This document shows, piece by piece, positions 1 through 20,010 of a stretch of DNA of 64,000 bases. The notes beneath the pieces are model-generated. The model saw nothing but the letters and a program-made list of their open reading frames with translations, did no database searches and had not been told where the DNA came from. The position numbers were made by a program, and so were the translations under genes. Every line of letters begins with the position of its first letter. Positions within the stretch are counted from its first letter, which is position 1. The DNA is from the human T2T-CHM13v2.0 reference genome, Homo sapiens. The DNA is taken from the NCBI RefSeq assembly GCF_009914755.1, contig NC_060926.1, one strand, 5' to 3'.

Positions 1-128
1 CTGAGATGAGAAAATCCCCTGAGCCCAGGAGTTCAAGGCTATAGTAAACTATAATGCATCACTGCATTCCAGCTTGGGCGACAGAGTGAGACCTTGCCTC
101 AAAATAACAAAATAAACAAACAAAAAAA
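1..128 (+). mobile_element. Alu (J-type) right-arm 3' part, cut by window edge
   Basis: 'gagcccaggagttcaaggct...gacagagtgagacc' followed by A-rich tail. Confidence 0.9.
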
Positions 129-404
129 CCAGGGGGAGAGCTCCCTGACAGTGGTCTGGGCAATGTTTTTTTGGATAGAAACCCAAAAGCACAGCCAACA
201 AACCAAAAATAGACAAAGAGGGTTATATCAAACTAAAAACTTCTGCACAGCCAAGGAAATAATGAACAGAGTGAAGAGACAACCTGTAGAATGGGAGAAA
301 ATATTTGTAAACCATTTATTTATGAAGGGGCTATATGCAAAATATATAAGGAATTCAAGCAACTCAATAGTAAGAAAACAAGTAACCTAATTAAAAAATG
401 GTCA

Positions 405-763
<359 letters not shown>

Positions 764-1094
764 TCAAAAGAAAACACACAAATGCTCAGCAGGTATATTT
801 TTTAAGTGTTCAACATCATTAATCATTATAGAGATGCAAATTAAAACCACAATGAGATATTATCTCACACCTACTAGAATGGTTGTTGTCAAAAAGACAA
901 AAGTTAACAGTGGTAGAGAGGATGCAGAAAAAAAGGAAACCCTCACCCACTCTTGCGGGAAATATAAATTAATACAGCCAATTATGGAAAACAGTATTGA
1001 GGTTTCTTAAAAAATCAAAAATAGAACTACCATATAATCTGACAATCTCACTACTGGATACATATATACATATCCATAGGAAATTAAATCAGTA

Positions 1095-1771
1095 GAGTTG
1101 TCCCTTGGTGTCCTCGGGAGACTGGCTCCAGGAACCCCTGAGGATAACAAAATTAGCAGATTCTCAGTCTCTGATATAAAATGGAGTAGTATTTGCATGT
1201 ACTTCTAAGTCAACTCTAGATCACTTCTAATACCTGTATAAATCCGTTCTCACACTGCTATAAAGAACTTCCCTGAGACTGGAAAATTGATAAAGGAAAG
1301 AGGTTTAATTGACTCACAGTTCCACGTGACTGGGGAGGACTCAGGAAATTTACAATCACGGCAGAAGGGGAAACAGGCACCTTCTTTACAGGGCAGCAGG
1401 AGAGAAAGAAGTGCAAGCAGGGGAAGTGCTAGATGCTTGTAAAATCATCAGCTGTCATGAGAACTCACTCACCATCACAGGAACAGCACGGGGGAAACTG
1501 CCCCCATGATCCCATCACCTCCCAACAGGTCACTCCCTTGACACGTGGGGGTTATAAGGAGTACAATTCAAGATGAGATTTGGGTAGGGACACAGAGCGA
1601 AACCATGTCAACACCTAATACAGTGTAAAAGCTAGGTAAATAGTTGTTACACTGTATTGTCTTTTTATTTTTATTATATTGCTATTTTTATTGTTTTGTT
1701 TTCTGAACATTTTTGATTTATGGTTGGTCGAATCCATGGATGTGGAACCCATGGATATGGAGGGCCAACTT
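1095..1771 (+). mobile_element. MER2 (TcMar-Tigger DNA transposon), split by THE1 LTR
   Basis: Ends 'gagttgtcccttgg' and 'ggagggccaact' form terminal inverted repeats (TIRs); TA flanks. Confidence 0.85.
1235..1610 (-). mobile_element. THE1-family solo LTR (ERVL-MaLR, THE1D-like)
   Basis: TG...CA ends; 'aggtttaattgactcacagttccac'; TSD atacc/acacc. Confidence 0.9.
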
Positions 1772-2225
1772 TATGGCAAATACATATTCTGTGTTCCCAT
1801 GTTCATTGCAGCATTATTCACAGAAGCCAAGATATAGAATCAACCTGTCTCCATCAACAGATGAATACATTAGACAACGTGGTAGGTATATACAATAGAA
1901 TACTATTCAGCCTTCAGAAAAATCTGTCATTTGTGACAACATGGATGATTCTGGGAGACATTATGCTAGGTGAAAAAAGTCAGGCACAGAAAGACAAATG
2001 CAATATGATCCCTCTTATATGTGAAATCTAAAGGAGTTGAACTTAAAGAACCAGAGAAGAGAATCGTGGTTACCAGGCGCTAGGGGGAGGAAGGGTTGGG
2101 GAGCTGTTGATCAAAAAACACAAAATTTCAGTTAGACAGTAAGAATAAGTTCAAGCGATCTACTGTACAACATGGTGACTAGAGATAATAACAATGTATT
2201 ATGTTATTGAAAATTACTGAGAGTA

Positions 2226-2545
<320 letters not shown>

Positions 2546-2689
2546 TCATCACAAAAAATAAGTATGCAAAGTAATGCATATATTAATTAGCTCAATTTAG
2601 CCATTCTACAATGTGTACATATTTCAAGACAACATGTACATGATAATTAAAATAAATATCAATTAAAATAAATTTTAAAATGTTTTCTA

Positions 2690-3400
<711 letters not shown>

Positions 3401-4227
3401 AATTACATATATCCGGCTGGGCGTGGCTCACTGTAGCCTCCAACTCCTCAGGCTCAGATGATCCTCCCAACTCTTAACCCCCGAAACTCTAGATAAACCC
3501 TACTATGATCTAGAATGACTCCAGACTATTATATACTCTTATTATCTCATACTAGTGAAGACATAAACAATTGATCATCCTCATCACCCCAAGTTGGAAA
3601 CATCATTAATTGTTTGATGCATTGATTCGTTCAATAAGCATATAGTGAGTGCTGAACCCTCTCCTCCACCAGCCTTTCATGATCTCAGTAAAGGAAACTC
3701 CAAAGCATATGCTAAAGTAAGGAAGGGTCACTCTTTATTCACCTCTGTTCCTCACACCTTAGTACATCAACCAATTCTGCCAGCTCTTACCTTCCAAAAA
3801 CCTCCTGAGTCAAACTGTTTTTCACAACTTCCACCTTGATACTCTGGTCCCAAACTACCATCACCTCTCGCCTTGACTACCAGAACTGCTCCTGATGGAA
3901 TTGCTTCCATTCTTGCCCTATACAGTCTGTTCTCAAAATTAGAAATATCTAGAAAGATCTTCTAAAAATGTGAATCAGATTACATCATTCTCATTCTCAA
4001 AAGCCTCCCACTGTTCCCAGCACAGTGAATAAAATCTATATTTCTTATTGAAGCCTTCAATAAGTCCTAAATAAACAGCCCTCTACCTACCTCTTCTCCC
4101 ACTTAATCCCAGCTCACAAGATTCCAGCCAAAGCACCTTCTTGCTGTTCCTTCATTATTCCTTGCCTAGGACATTTGCATTCTCTTCTTTTACATTATTT
4201 CCAAAGTGTTCCAACATTACTTCCTCA

Positions 4228-4590
<363 letters not shown>

Positions 4591-4682
4591 CTAGCGTGCA
4601 CAGGTGCATGCCCCCACCCCCAACACACTCCCATCACTCTTCATTCTCCTACCTTCCCATATTCTCTTTAAAATAGCACTTA

Positions 4683-5026
<344 letters not shown>

Positions 5027-5048
5027 AGCACTTATCCCTAACTGGAAC

Positions 5049-5053
<5 letters not shown>

Positions 5054-5109
<56 letters not shown>

Positions 5110-5113
5110 TGTG
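5054..5113. repeat. (TG)n microsatellite
   Basis: Directly visible. Confidence 0.98.
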
Positions 5114-5229
5114 TTTTCCCACCAGAATATCAGCTTCATGAGGGCAGAAACTTTTTCTGTCTTGTACAGTGTTGTATTTCCAGCACCTAAATCAGTGCCT
5201 AAAGCATAGAAGAAGCTCAATTAATATTT

Positions 5230-5540
5230 TTTGTTTAATTTTTACTTTTTTACTTTTTTAGAGACAAGGTCTTGGTCTGTCACCGAGGCTGGAGCATGGT
5301 GGCACAATTACAGTTCACTGCAGCCTCAAACTCCTGGGTTCAAGCATCCTCCAGCCTCAGTCTCCTGAGTAGCTGGGACTACAGGCGCACGCCACCATAT
5401 CCAGCTAATTTAAACTTTTTTTTTCCAAAGGGGTCTTGCTATGTTGCCCAGGCTGGTCTTAAACTCGTGGCCTCAAGTGATTCTCCTGCCTTGGCCTCCT
5501 AAAGTGCTGGGATTACAGGAGTGAGCCACTGGGCCTGACC
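5230..5540 (-). mobile_element. AluJ
   Basis: Antisense Alu; TSD ctcaattaatattt. Confidence 0.92.
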
Positions 5541-7493
5541 TCAATTAATATTTATTGATAAAATAAATGTATGACAAATGTTTCCTGACAGTTTTTTTTA
5601 AAGAAGCCCTCTGCTCCGGTGTAGCTAGCTTCAATTGATGTTGTTGGAACCATTATCCTCAACTTTTCAGAGCTCTTGCTGTTCCTGCTCCCTTGTCCTC
5701 CTAGGAGCTCTTAAAAGCCAGGAATATGAGAGGGCAGAGAGAGAGAGAGATTCAGTTTGGAGGAGATCCATTCACTTTTCAGCTTCGCATTACACATTGG
5801 TGACAGAGTAGGTGTCTGAACACACAGGATTATTTGAGACAACAGGAAAGGCAACTGTGATTTTAAAAAAAAATACCTTCTCTCCTGGACTATCATCACA
5901 TCTGAAATTCTACTCTTAAGGATTAAATTATTAAGTCATCTACATCAAGATATTGATTCTTCTTCAATTATTCAGACCATTAACCAGTTCTTAAGAAATG
6001 GTGCTCTCCCTTTTCAGTGCCTAGCACATGCCTTGCACAGAGGTATTCAATAACTATTTGTTCAACGAGTGAACAGACTCCCCTTTCTGAATTGACTACC
6101 TCCTTTTCCTCACCATTCGCTCGAATCTCTATTCTGCATGTCTCGGCTTTACCACTCTGAACTCTGATAGTTGTTTTCCACCTTTAATCATACTCCTAGA
6201 CATTTTGCCACAATAAATATGCTAGCTATTGGGTAACAGCAAAGACCTTGGCAGCTGACATGAAGGGCACAGATGCTTTTCTGAAATCTAATCTCTCCAG
6301 CCTAACATTTAAACTTGCCAAGAAACTGATTCCAGCCCATGTGTTCCACACATAATCTGCCCAACTTCCTCATCAGAACCCTCTGTTCCAAGGTGGCTGG
6401 CCTCCTCACTGTCCTCCGAGGCATTTGTACCTCCACCTTTATAACTGCTTCCATGTTTCCTCACTCCTTTTCCTTCTTCTGCCCATGGAAATGACACCCA
6501 TTCTTCAGGGTTTGGATCAAGGAACAACTTCTCCATAAATCCACCTCGGACCATGCTAAGCTAATGCATCTCACTTTCTTCCGAAATCCCACAGTGATAA
6601 GCATTAGTATCACTTGTTTGAACACATAATTACTTATTATCCCGGGTCATAATTTAATTGTTCCCGCATTTATCTTGTTTCTTCATCTTGTCTGTATAAG
6701 CAGAGAATATATTTTATTTTTCTTATCTACTTCTTCTGCATTTCATGTAGAGCCCAGCTGGTTGCTTTTACTCAATGCTAGAGCCCAGTTAGTACTTTTT
6801 AAAATTGAATGAACAATGAATTAAATACATTTGACTATAGAAGAGATGTAGCTGTTGTCACAAAGGTCTGGCTAAAGCCAAAGATGAATTCTAGTGATTG
6901 GCAGTGATCGCAAGACGTCACATAGAAGAACCCTGTTTCAAGACTGAGGAGGGATGAAGGCTGATAGGAAACACGACAGAGATCTTTCTGTGAAGTCAGC
7001 CCCCACAAATATGGCCTGGCTTTCCTTCTGAAATACAGTAGAAATAACTATACTGCCAGATTAAGTATGTTGAATTTTTACAGCATATTTTTATACATAA
7101 TTCATCCTGGTAACCAAATTACTTAATCTTTCAAAAGTAACCTCTTTTCAGATATAGTAAAAAGTAAGTTGACCCTTCCATCACTGGATCTACCTCTACA
7201 TTGTAACATTAAGTGCTGAATGCCTGATTTCAGGTCTGCAATATCCTGTCATACCAGAAGCAAGGAAACTATCAAAGTAGACTGTGGTCATGTCAAAAAG
7301 ATTCCGAAACCTCTTCATGAGGCTCCTCTTGGCAAAAGACAGAGCAGTTTTACCAATAATCAGAGTGGTAATTGCCATAGATTAAAATATATCAAATATA
7401 TTTAAAATCCATAAATTAATTTTTTAAAATACTTTAAAAACTCATTTGTCACCTTTCTGGGTTTTGTTTGTTTAAAATCCATAAATTAATTTT

Positions 7494-8223
7494 TTAAATT
7501 ATACTTTAAGTTCTAGGGTACTTGTGCACAACTTGCAGGTTTGTTACATATGTATACATGTGCCACGCTGGTGTGCTGCACCCATTAACTCATCATTTAC
7601 ATTAGGTATATCTCCCAATGCTATCCCTCCCCCCCTCCCCCTACCCCACAACAGGCCCCGGTGTGTGATGTTCCCCTTCCTGTGTCCATGTGTTCTCATT
7701 GTTCAGTTCCCACCTATGAGTGAGAACATGCGGTGTTTGGTTTTCTGTACTTGCGATAGTTTGCTGAGAATGATGGTTTCCAGCTTCATCCATGTCCCTG
7801 CAAAGGACATGAACTCATCCTTTTTTATGGCTGCATAGTATTCCATGGTGTATATGTGCCACATTTTCTTAATCCAGTCTATCATTGGTGGACATTTGGC
7901 TTGGTTCCAAGTCTTTGCTATTGTGAATAGTGCCACAATAAACATACGTGTGCATGTGTCTTTATAGCAGCATGATTTATAGTCCTTTGGGTATATACCC
8001 AGTAATGGGATGGCTGGGTCAAATGGTATTTCTAGTTCTAGATCCCTGAGGAATTGCCACACTGACTTCCACAATGGTTGAACTAGTTTACAGTCCCACC
8101 AACAATGTAAAAGTGTTCCTATTTCTCCACATCCTCTCCAGCACCTGTTGTTTCCTGACTTTTTAATGATTGCCATTCTAACTAGTATGAGATGGTATCT
8201 CATTGTGGTTTTGATTTGCATTT
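7494..8223 (-). mobile_element. L1PA (L1PA3-5-like), 5'-truncated: ORF2 C-terminus and 3'UTR
   Basis: 172-aa ORF matches the ORF2p C-terminal CCHC region ([19 protein letters not shown]); TSD tccataaattaatttt. Confidence 0.97.
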
Positions 8224-8231
8224 GTCCATAA

Positions 8232-8584
<353 letters not shown>

Positions 8585-8757
8585 ATTTGTCACTTTTCTA
8601 AAGTGCTAAACATTAGGTAACCATTTTGAAAAACTTGTTAGTTTTTTCTTTCTAGAAATATTGTTGCTATTTAATAAAGGAAGAATAATAGTGGACTATC
8701 ACTGACTCTGAAATATTATGATATTGACATAATTCTCCAATTTCAGTGTCCATGCCT

Positions 8758-9120
8758 CTTTCTTTCCTTTTTCTTTCTTTCTTTCTCTTCCTTCCTTCCT
8801 TCTCTCTCTCTCTCTTTCTTTCCTTCTTTTTCGACAGACTCTCACTCTATCACCCAGGCTGGAGTGCGGTGGCGTAATCTCAACGATCTCAGCTCACTGC
8901 AATCTCTGTGTGCTGGGTTCAAGTGATTCTCAGGCCTCAGCCTCCCGAGTACCTGGGACTACACGTGTGCACCATCATGACCAGCTAATTTTTGTATTTT
9001 TAGTAGAGATGGGGTTTCGCCATGTTGGCCAGGCTGGTCTCAAACTCCTGAGCTCAAGTGATCCACCCACCTCAGCCTCCCAAAGTACTGGGATTACAGG
9101 CCTGAGCCACCACACCTAGC
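8758..9120 (-). mobile_element. Alu with (TTTC/TTCC/TC)n tail
   Basis: Antisense Alu dimer preceded by a pyrimidine microsatellite. Confidence 0.93.
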
Positions 9121-9170
9121 ATGTAACTTTGTTTCTATGTAGCTTTCCCATGTAACTCCCTCCTGCAGAG

Positions 9171-9740
9171 CTGCTAGGTGTCAAGGTGGTCAGTTAGGAC
9201 AAGACTAACTTAAAGTAACAATTAAGCCTTATTCACTTACTGTGACAATGCAGGCAAGAGACAGAAGAGAAAGGGACCACCTCCCCAGTGTCCCAGTTTT
9301 CCCAGTGAACATCACCAGACTAGGGTCAGGTGGGTACAGCATAGACAGTAGGAATCATTTCACTGCTGAGGAACCCTGAAAAAAATGGAGTAAGGGACTG
9401 GAAGGAGGGAGAGAGGGAAGGGCTCAGAGTGCAAAAGTACTGAGTCAAAGTACAGAAAAAGGCCTCAGTCAAGACTCCCCATAAGGGGATCTTGGAAGAT
9501 GCACAACGGAAGTGCCTTAGCTGAGGCCCCCCCAATAAAGAAACCTTTGAATGGAGACACCTAAGTTAGGAATGCAGAATGTGTAAGGACATGGCTGGTC
9601 TGCAGAGAGGGCCATGGGTCCTTGACTGTAATTTCCTCCAGAGACTGCAATGCACTGGCTGTGCACCAAGTGTGGTGTGAAGAGGGCAGCTTCCCCCCAT
9701 GAGTCTTGCCAGGTAAAGCTTTCTAATTCCCCATCATCAG
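9171..9740 (-). mobile_element. Probable old ERVL solo LTR (MER54/MER74-like)
   Basis: TG...CA bounded; end 'tgctaggtgtcaaggtggtcagttagg' resembles a recalled consensus. Confidence 0.45.
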
Positions 9741-9779
9741 GTCTGGAAGATCATGCATAAGATTTTGGACTGGAAGCTG

Positions 9780-9965
9780 ACTCCTCACCTTCCACTCGAG
9801 GCAAGATTACTTTGCTACCTCTTGACTTTGGATTTGGCCATACGACTTGCTTCGGCCCACAAGATGAGGTGAAGGTGATGGTAAATAAGTGAAATAAATA
9901 TTTATTATTGTATGCTGCTGAGATTCTTTGATTCTTTTCTTATGCAGATATAGCTAATTAATACA
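9780..9965 (+). mobile_element. MLT1 (MaLR) LTR fragment
   Basis: 'ttggccatacgacttgcttcggcc' and 3' end 'gctaattaataca'. Confidence 0.6.
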
Positions 9966-10202
9966 ATCTTCATTTTGCAACCCAAATTAATTGATGGATC
10001 AAGGCAATGATTGTCAATGGCTGCAAACATCATAGAACAAGAGACAATCTGATATGATGTGTCTCCTGATGGAAGTAAACACCACCACTGTGAAATAGCC
10101 TTGACAAAGATCAAACGTGAAATGGACCAAGGCTCTAGATCCAACTACCAACTTACAGGAGACACAGGCGATAGGAGAAGGTGTTAACAATGCTAAAATC
10201 CA

Positions 10203-10523
<321 letters not shown>

Positions 10524-10586
10524 TTATATAGTTTCTTAAATAATTTGAAACAAAAAAAGGAAGAGGAAACTATTAAAAGAGACTTA

Positions 10587-10940
<354 letters not shown>

Positions 10941-10988
10941 TTAAAACAAAATATTCAAGATAATTTTGAAACAAAAACAATTATTCGT

Positions 10989-11128
10989 AGCTAAGCATGA
11001 TGGCTCACACCTGTAATCCCAGCTCTCTAGTGAGCTGAGGCATTAAGATCTCTTGAGCCCAGGAGTTTAAGACCAGCCTGGGCAATATAGTGAGACAGTT
11101 GTCTCTACAAAATAGTAATAATAATAAA
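10989..11128 (+). mobile_element. FLAM (Alu monomer)
   Basis: Single left-arm monomer; TSD aattattc. Confidence 0.85.
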
Positions 11129-11224
11129 ATTATTCCAAAAGATTAGTTGTGATTTGAACAATGGATATTTGATATTTTAGGGAATTATTGCTAATTATTT
11201 TAGGAGTGCTAATGGTTCTGTGGT

Positions 11225-11735
11225 TGTTCCATTTTATCTGTTGCAGCGTAACAGTGGCTTAAAGCAACGACCATTTTATTACATCTTACAACTTTGCGAG
11301 CCAGGAATTTTGAATAGGGTTCAGCTGGATGGTTTTTCTGCTTCATCATGGTACTCACTTGGCAGATGGGCAGATCTAAAAGGTCTAAGATGATTTGACT
11401 TACATGTCTGGTGCCTTGGAAAGGAAGACTGGAAGGCTAACCTCAACTGAGACTTTATACTAGAGCACTGACCTGTGATCTCATCAGCGTTTCAGGGTTT
11501 TCAGATTTCTTATATGGAAGCTTAGAGTTCTCAAAGGATGTATCCCAAGAGGTCCAGATGGCAGCTTCAAAGCTTCTTAAGACTTAACTTCAGAAGTGCT
11601 TAAATAATACTTCTGCCACATTCTACTGATCAAGCAAGTCTCTATGACCAGCTGAGATTGAAGATGAGGGGAATTAGACTTCCCCTCTCAAGAGGAGAAG
11701 TAAAAAACATGTAAGACCATCTATAATCTACCACC
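11225..11735 (-). mobile_element. MLT1 (F/G/H-like) LTR
   Basis: 'agtggcttaaagcaacgaccattttatt' ... 'tataatctacca'. Confidence 0.75.
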
Positions 11736-11983
11736 ATGCTTATATTTTTAAAAGATTCTTTTATCTTTTAGAGGTGTATACTAACTAAAGTATTTATAGA
11801 AGAAAAATATGTGGTCTGAGATTTCCTTTAAAATATTTGGGGTAGTAAGGGGATGGAGTATAGATGAAAAAGGATTAGCCAAGAATTTAACATAGTTGGA
11901 GCTGGATGATAGGTATATGCGGAGTTCATTATATTATTCTACTTTTATGTATGCTTGAAATTTTTCATTAAAAGAGATTTCAG

Positions 11984-12304
<321 letters not shown>

Positions 12305-13374
12305 TCAAAAAAAATAAAGAGTTTTTCCCCCAAAAGCTATGTAATGTGAAAGACAAGGCCACCAGAAACACCTCTGATGCCATGAATTTGGTATATATCT
12401 TTACTGTTATTGAACATTTAGAGAGCCTGAATAAATTACTACTATGGTAGTAAGAATTTGAGGGAGAAAGTTTCATTTCCTTAAATTACTAGTATGCAAT
12501 TATATATATGGTTTGAATTTACAGATGCTTTGTATTTGATATATTGTTAGTAATTTTAGAGTTCCATAAAATGCTTTCAGTACCTAATACAACACAAGCC
12601 TCAACTGGGTGCTGGTTATGTGGCTTAAAAAGTTTACTTTTAAATAGTTGCATTGCTCACATCCTTCCAGGAAAAGAGTCAGCTATTTTTCAGTTAAAAA
12701 TTAACATGCTTTAATAACCACATTTTTCCTTAAGGCATGATACCATGACTGAATTTTTTTCCACTCTGGTAGACTTGCCACTTACGGTATCTCTAATCCA
12801 GGCACAACTCAAATGAATAACTAAATGAAAACAAGAATTGCATGACATCTGAATGCGTAAAAGGCATGCAGCACTTTCAGTTTCCCTAAACTCTGGGTAA
12901 CCACTTATTTTCATGTTCACTGTGTCTATTGTTGAACAATGTGCCACTCTAGATAATCTGATTCTTGCTGATCTCTCTTTATGCATAAAAATAGACAGGC
13001 CAGGCCACTAACACTTACATTACTAACTATGTGACCAAATGCCCATAACTACCACATTGGTATTGTTGTACCTTATGGAGGATTTCAAATCCACACAGTC
13101 TCTGGATTTGATGCCAACACTTTATGTTACACTGTAGTGAAAGGAAATCCTAAACAGTAGGTGGGGAGGTTCCAGCCCCGTTTAACAAACATATGGTGAT
13201 TTAGAGGAAAAACTGCTTGGGGAGAAGACAAATGAAGTGACATTGGTGCCATGTTTAAGTGTAGCAACTCCCGTTCCCATCTCAACACTATGAAAGCCCT
13301 ATCTGGAAGCATCTCCTTCCCACGATCCTTCCACAGGATGCTAAAGTAGGAAAACTAGAGAATGTATTAGATGA

Positions 13375-13875
<501 letters not shown>

Positions 13876-14036
13876 ATTAGTATTCAATATATATAAACAT
13901 TTTTCTACTAAAAGAAATCTACAGCTATTTTACCCCTCCCAAAAAAACTTCTTCCTTTCCAGTCCCTCTGGTATTCTCCACCATTTTCCTTTAGACAATT
14001 AAATGCTATCACTTTTAAGATTAAAAGAAATAAAAA

Positions 14037-14560
<524 letters not shown>

Positions 14561-14943
14561 TGATTAGATTCTTTAAAAAAATTTTTTAAATAGTTGTTGT
14601 GCATAGTAATATCACAGGATATATCCAGTGCTTCTACATCATCTTTCCCACAACCGGGAGCTACTATTTATTAATAATATTCACAAATATCATAAAAATG
14701 CATTTATTAATTCAACACCTTAATTTTGTGTAGGACTCTGTGCCTGTTTCTATTTATCTTCACTTGTTTTGTGTCATGTGACCAGAGCTGAAACCATTTC
14801 CAGACCAAAGACAACTAGTTATAGGTTGAGCTGGCCTTGCCCAGAAGATCAACCCAACTGGAACATTCTGTATCAGAGGTCAACTCAGAGATTCAGATAC
14901 ATTTTCTCTTCAGAAGATACAAATGCAAAAGAAAGAATAATTG

Positions 14944-15603
<660 letters not shown>

Positions 15604-15794
15604 TCATGAGAATAAGAGTAGTATGTCTGCTTCTGAGGTGGCCACAAGCTTACTGGGCAACACAATTACTGTGCAACCCTCAATGATGTTCGATTTTACA
15701 TGCAGTCAGTATGCAGAGCTGCAGAGAGGTTTCCTCGCCAATTTTGTAAACTTATAAGAAATGCCTCCTATCTGACATGTCTGTGCCGTAGAAT

Positions 15795-16273
15795 ATAGTG
15801 GATGCTGTTGTGAGATGTAAGATTACAGTGGATGCTGTTGTGGGATGTAAGATTCATCTCTCCCCTCACCTGGTACCATCTTTTCAGAAATACATCACTC
15901 ATTTTCCTAGCTGCTGGGAGTATTGAAGGCTGACAGCTCTCAGCTGAATCACCAAAGCTGCCTCACTCAAGGTCACTGCCCTGGAGGCAGCCCTTATCTA
16001 AACATGGGAGGTGGGAGGATGAGAGGAATGAAAGCCCAGCATGCTTGCCTCTGCTGGGGACAACTTTATAGGTCCACAGTGCCTCCAGGGATCAGTTGAG
16101 TCCTTTATTGTCACTACACAGCAATTCATCATTTCCCTCTGCTTATTCCTGTGTCCTTCACTCCCCCTCATATACTGATGCCCAAAATACCCACCATGCA
16201 TCAGCCCCTATAGACTCCCTACATGCAAATCTCAGATTCCCAATGTCTGATTTTCAGGGAACACAGCCTGCAG
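15795..16273 (+). mobile_element. LTR16-family (ERVL) solo LTR, LTR16C-like
   Basis: 'tagtggatgctg', 'cctagctgctgggagtattg...gctgacagctctcagctg', 'catgcaaatctc'. Confidence 0.75.
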
Positions 16274-16886
16274 CCCAGATTAACACACACTGGTCCTTAC
16301 GCCAAATAAGACAAGCAGTCCAGCTGTTTCTGTCACCCTCCCACCAATATCTCTGAGAGCTCCTGCCAGGCTTGAATTAACAACCATCACGCTCCTCTTC
16401 CCAAATACAACTCAGTCATCAGCACTGGAAAGTACAGCCAGCTCAGCCTCAATAAGGTTCAACTCTAGAGCCACGGAAGGTATTTCCTGGATCATGCAAT
16501 GATGCAGAAAAGCAGCCACTGCCTTCTCAGCTGCCTTTTCCAGGGTCCATTTGAGGCTCCATTACCACTGGCTAGTTAGAGATTGTGAATGTACAGCTGC
16601 ACAGGGCACAGCAATTAATGTTTCGGGTGTGGATGCCACAGACCTGAAATGCTCTTCTGACATGGGTGTGGCCACCAAATAAGAAATCTTGGTGGGAATG
16701 GCTTTACTTGAGCCAGAGGTCTGCATTTTGTTTCTGGTTGTCATCTTTAGGGAGATGTCTGCAGCACTTGCAGCTGGAAGCCCAAACTGGAGAGACTCTG
16801 CTGCCACAAATAAGAATGGCAGACTGGCCATCTGACTGTGACCATGCAGATGAGCAGGAGGGAGATTCTTGTGGGATTCCAGCTAA

Positions 16887-17306
<420 letters not shown>

Positions 17307-17506
17307 AATATTTTCAAGACTGTTTTATGATCTACTTGGCAGACTACTTAACTTGCACTTAATATGAAAGGAGAAAAAACATAAAGCCATTCATACTTCT
17401 GCAAGTTGACCTTAAATATATCGTCAAGCCATAAATTGACTTCTAGAAGAGGACAAAGGGAAACACGCCTATAAAAATCTTAGGACAGCCTGTATGATTG
17501 TCCAAT

Positions 17507-17936
17507 TGTGAAGATTAAAGCAACTCCATCTTGGACGCTAATCTGCTATGTTGACTTCTGATTGACCCCTGTTCCAGGAATGCCTCTAAGATTTCTCCTT
17601 TATCTACTGTTACTATAAATCCTGCCCTTTGTTCAAAACGACCTTTACCATACATCCTGCGTTTAGGTAGATTCACATTGCCTTGTTGCCTTTCCCTGAG
17701 GGGTCAGCTTTAACTGTCCTACACATTCCTTCCCTATGGTATATACCCTGAGTCTGGGTGGAAATGGCCTGGGAATCCGCCATCTCTTCTGTGGCTGCCT
17801 AGGACATAGCTTCTGTTCATAACTCCCTGTTAAGTGTTTTTTTCTGAGGGAGTGGATTTGTCAGCCTCATTCTTCAGACTCTCAGCTTCCTTGGCCTTTG
17901 GGGTTAGGTTTGCATAGACTTGCTCACTGTGGAACA
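17507..17936 (+). mobile_element. Solo LTR, LTR47A-like
   Basis: TG...CA ends; 'aagcaactccatcttgga'; TSD ccaat/tcaat. Confidence 0.8.
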
Positions 17937-18348
17937 TCAATAAACCTACAAATTCACCTGCCTGAGTCGTATTGTAGGAATTACAGCAGATAAATGAACA
18001 GAACATTGTCAAATGAAATAATGCTCTGTGCATGATTATTTTAACTAGGCATTTAGTATCTTTTTGTTGTAATATATAGTATACTAATAAAAACTAACAG
18101 TAGGATATTGAATGGGAAAGCCTTATTCAGCATAAAATTGGTATTTTTAAAAACCCTATCATATGTTTGCAAATATACAGGTGGAAAGCCTTTAGAGAAT
18201 TTAAGTTGTCTTTTCAACTTCAATGTGTCCATGGAAATGTTATTGCTAATGACTGCAATTGGCCTCTTCTGTCAATAGAGTCAGCAATGTGTTTTTAATT
18301 CCATGAAACTGCTGCATTGTTTTACCCACGTTTATCCTTTTTGGTTAC

Positions 18349-18681
18349 TGTGGCAGCGCCTCCTGATTACATTTCCTATACTCCTTTGCAGTTAGATTGA
18401 CTATATGACTGAGTTCTAGTCAATGGAATGTGAAGTTATGTCTCCATTATGTTTCTTCTTTTCCCTGTGTCCCCATCAGATGGATACAACAGCGGGGAAG
18501 CACCAGAAAATTCCCACAAGATAGAAAAGCCTGAATCCCTAAATTACCCTGTGGAGAAAGCCATGTTCAACCAGGAACCCCTCATTGGACAGTTACATGC
18601 ACAAAAAATAAATTTATATTATGTTACGCCATTGCAATTTTAGAGTTTATTTATGACAGCAACCAGAGTTACTCTGATATA
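18349..18681 (+). mobile_element. MLT1 (J-like) LTR fragment
   Basis: 'atgactgagttctagtcaatggaatgtg'; MaLR-type 3' end. Confidence 0.6.
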
Positions 18682-18685
18682 GTGA

Positions 18686-19088
<403 letters not shown>

Positions 19089-19119
19089 CACTTTGCTTTT
19101 TTAATAGGGCTATAAAATT

Positions 19120-20010
<891 letters not shown>

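Noticed and set aside
3416-3472. Apparent fusion of a sense Alu start with an antisense Alu fragment
   Set aside because: It is too short and is explained equally well by an internal deletion in one antisense Alu.
7703-8221. 172-aa ORF
   Set aside because: It is the L1 ORF2p C-terminus of a truncated L1PA, not a host gene.
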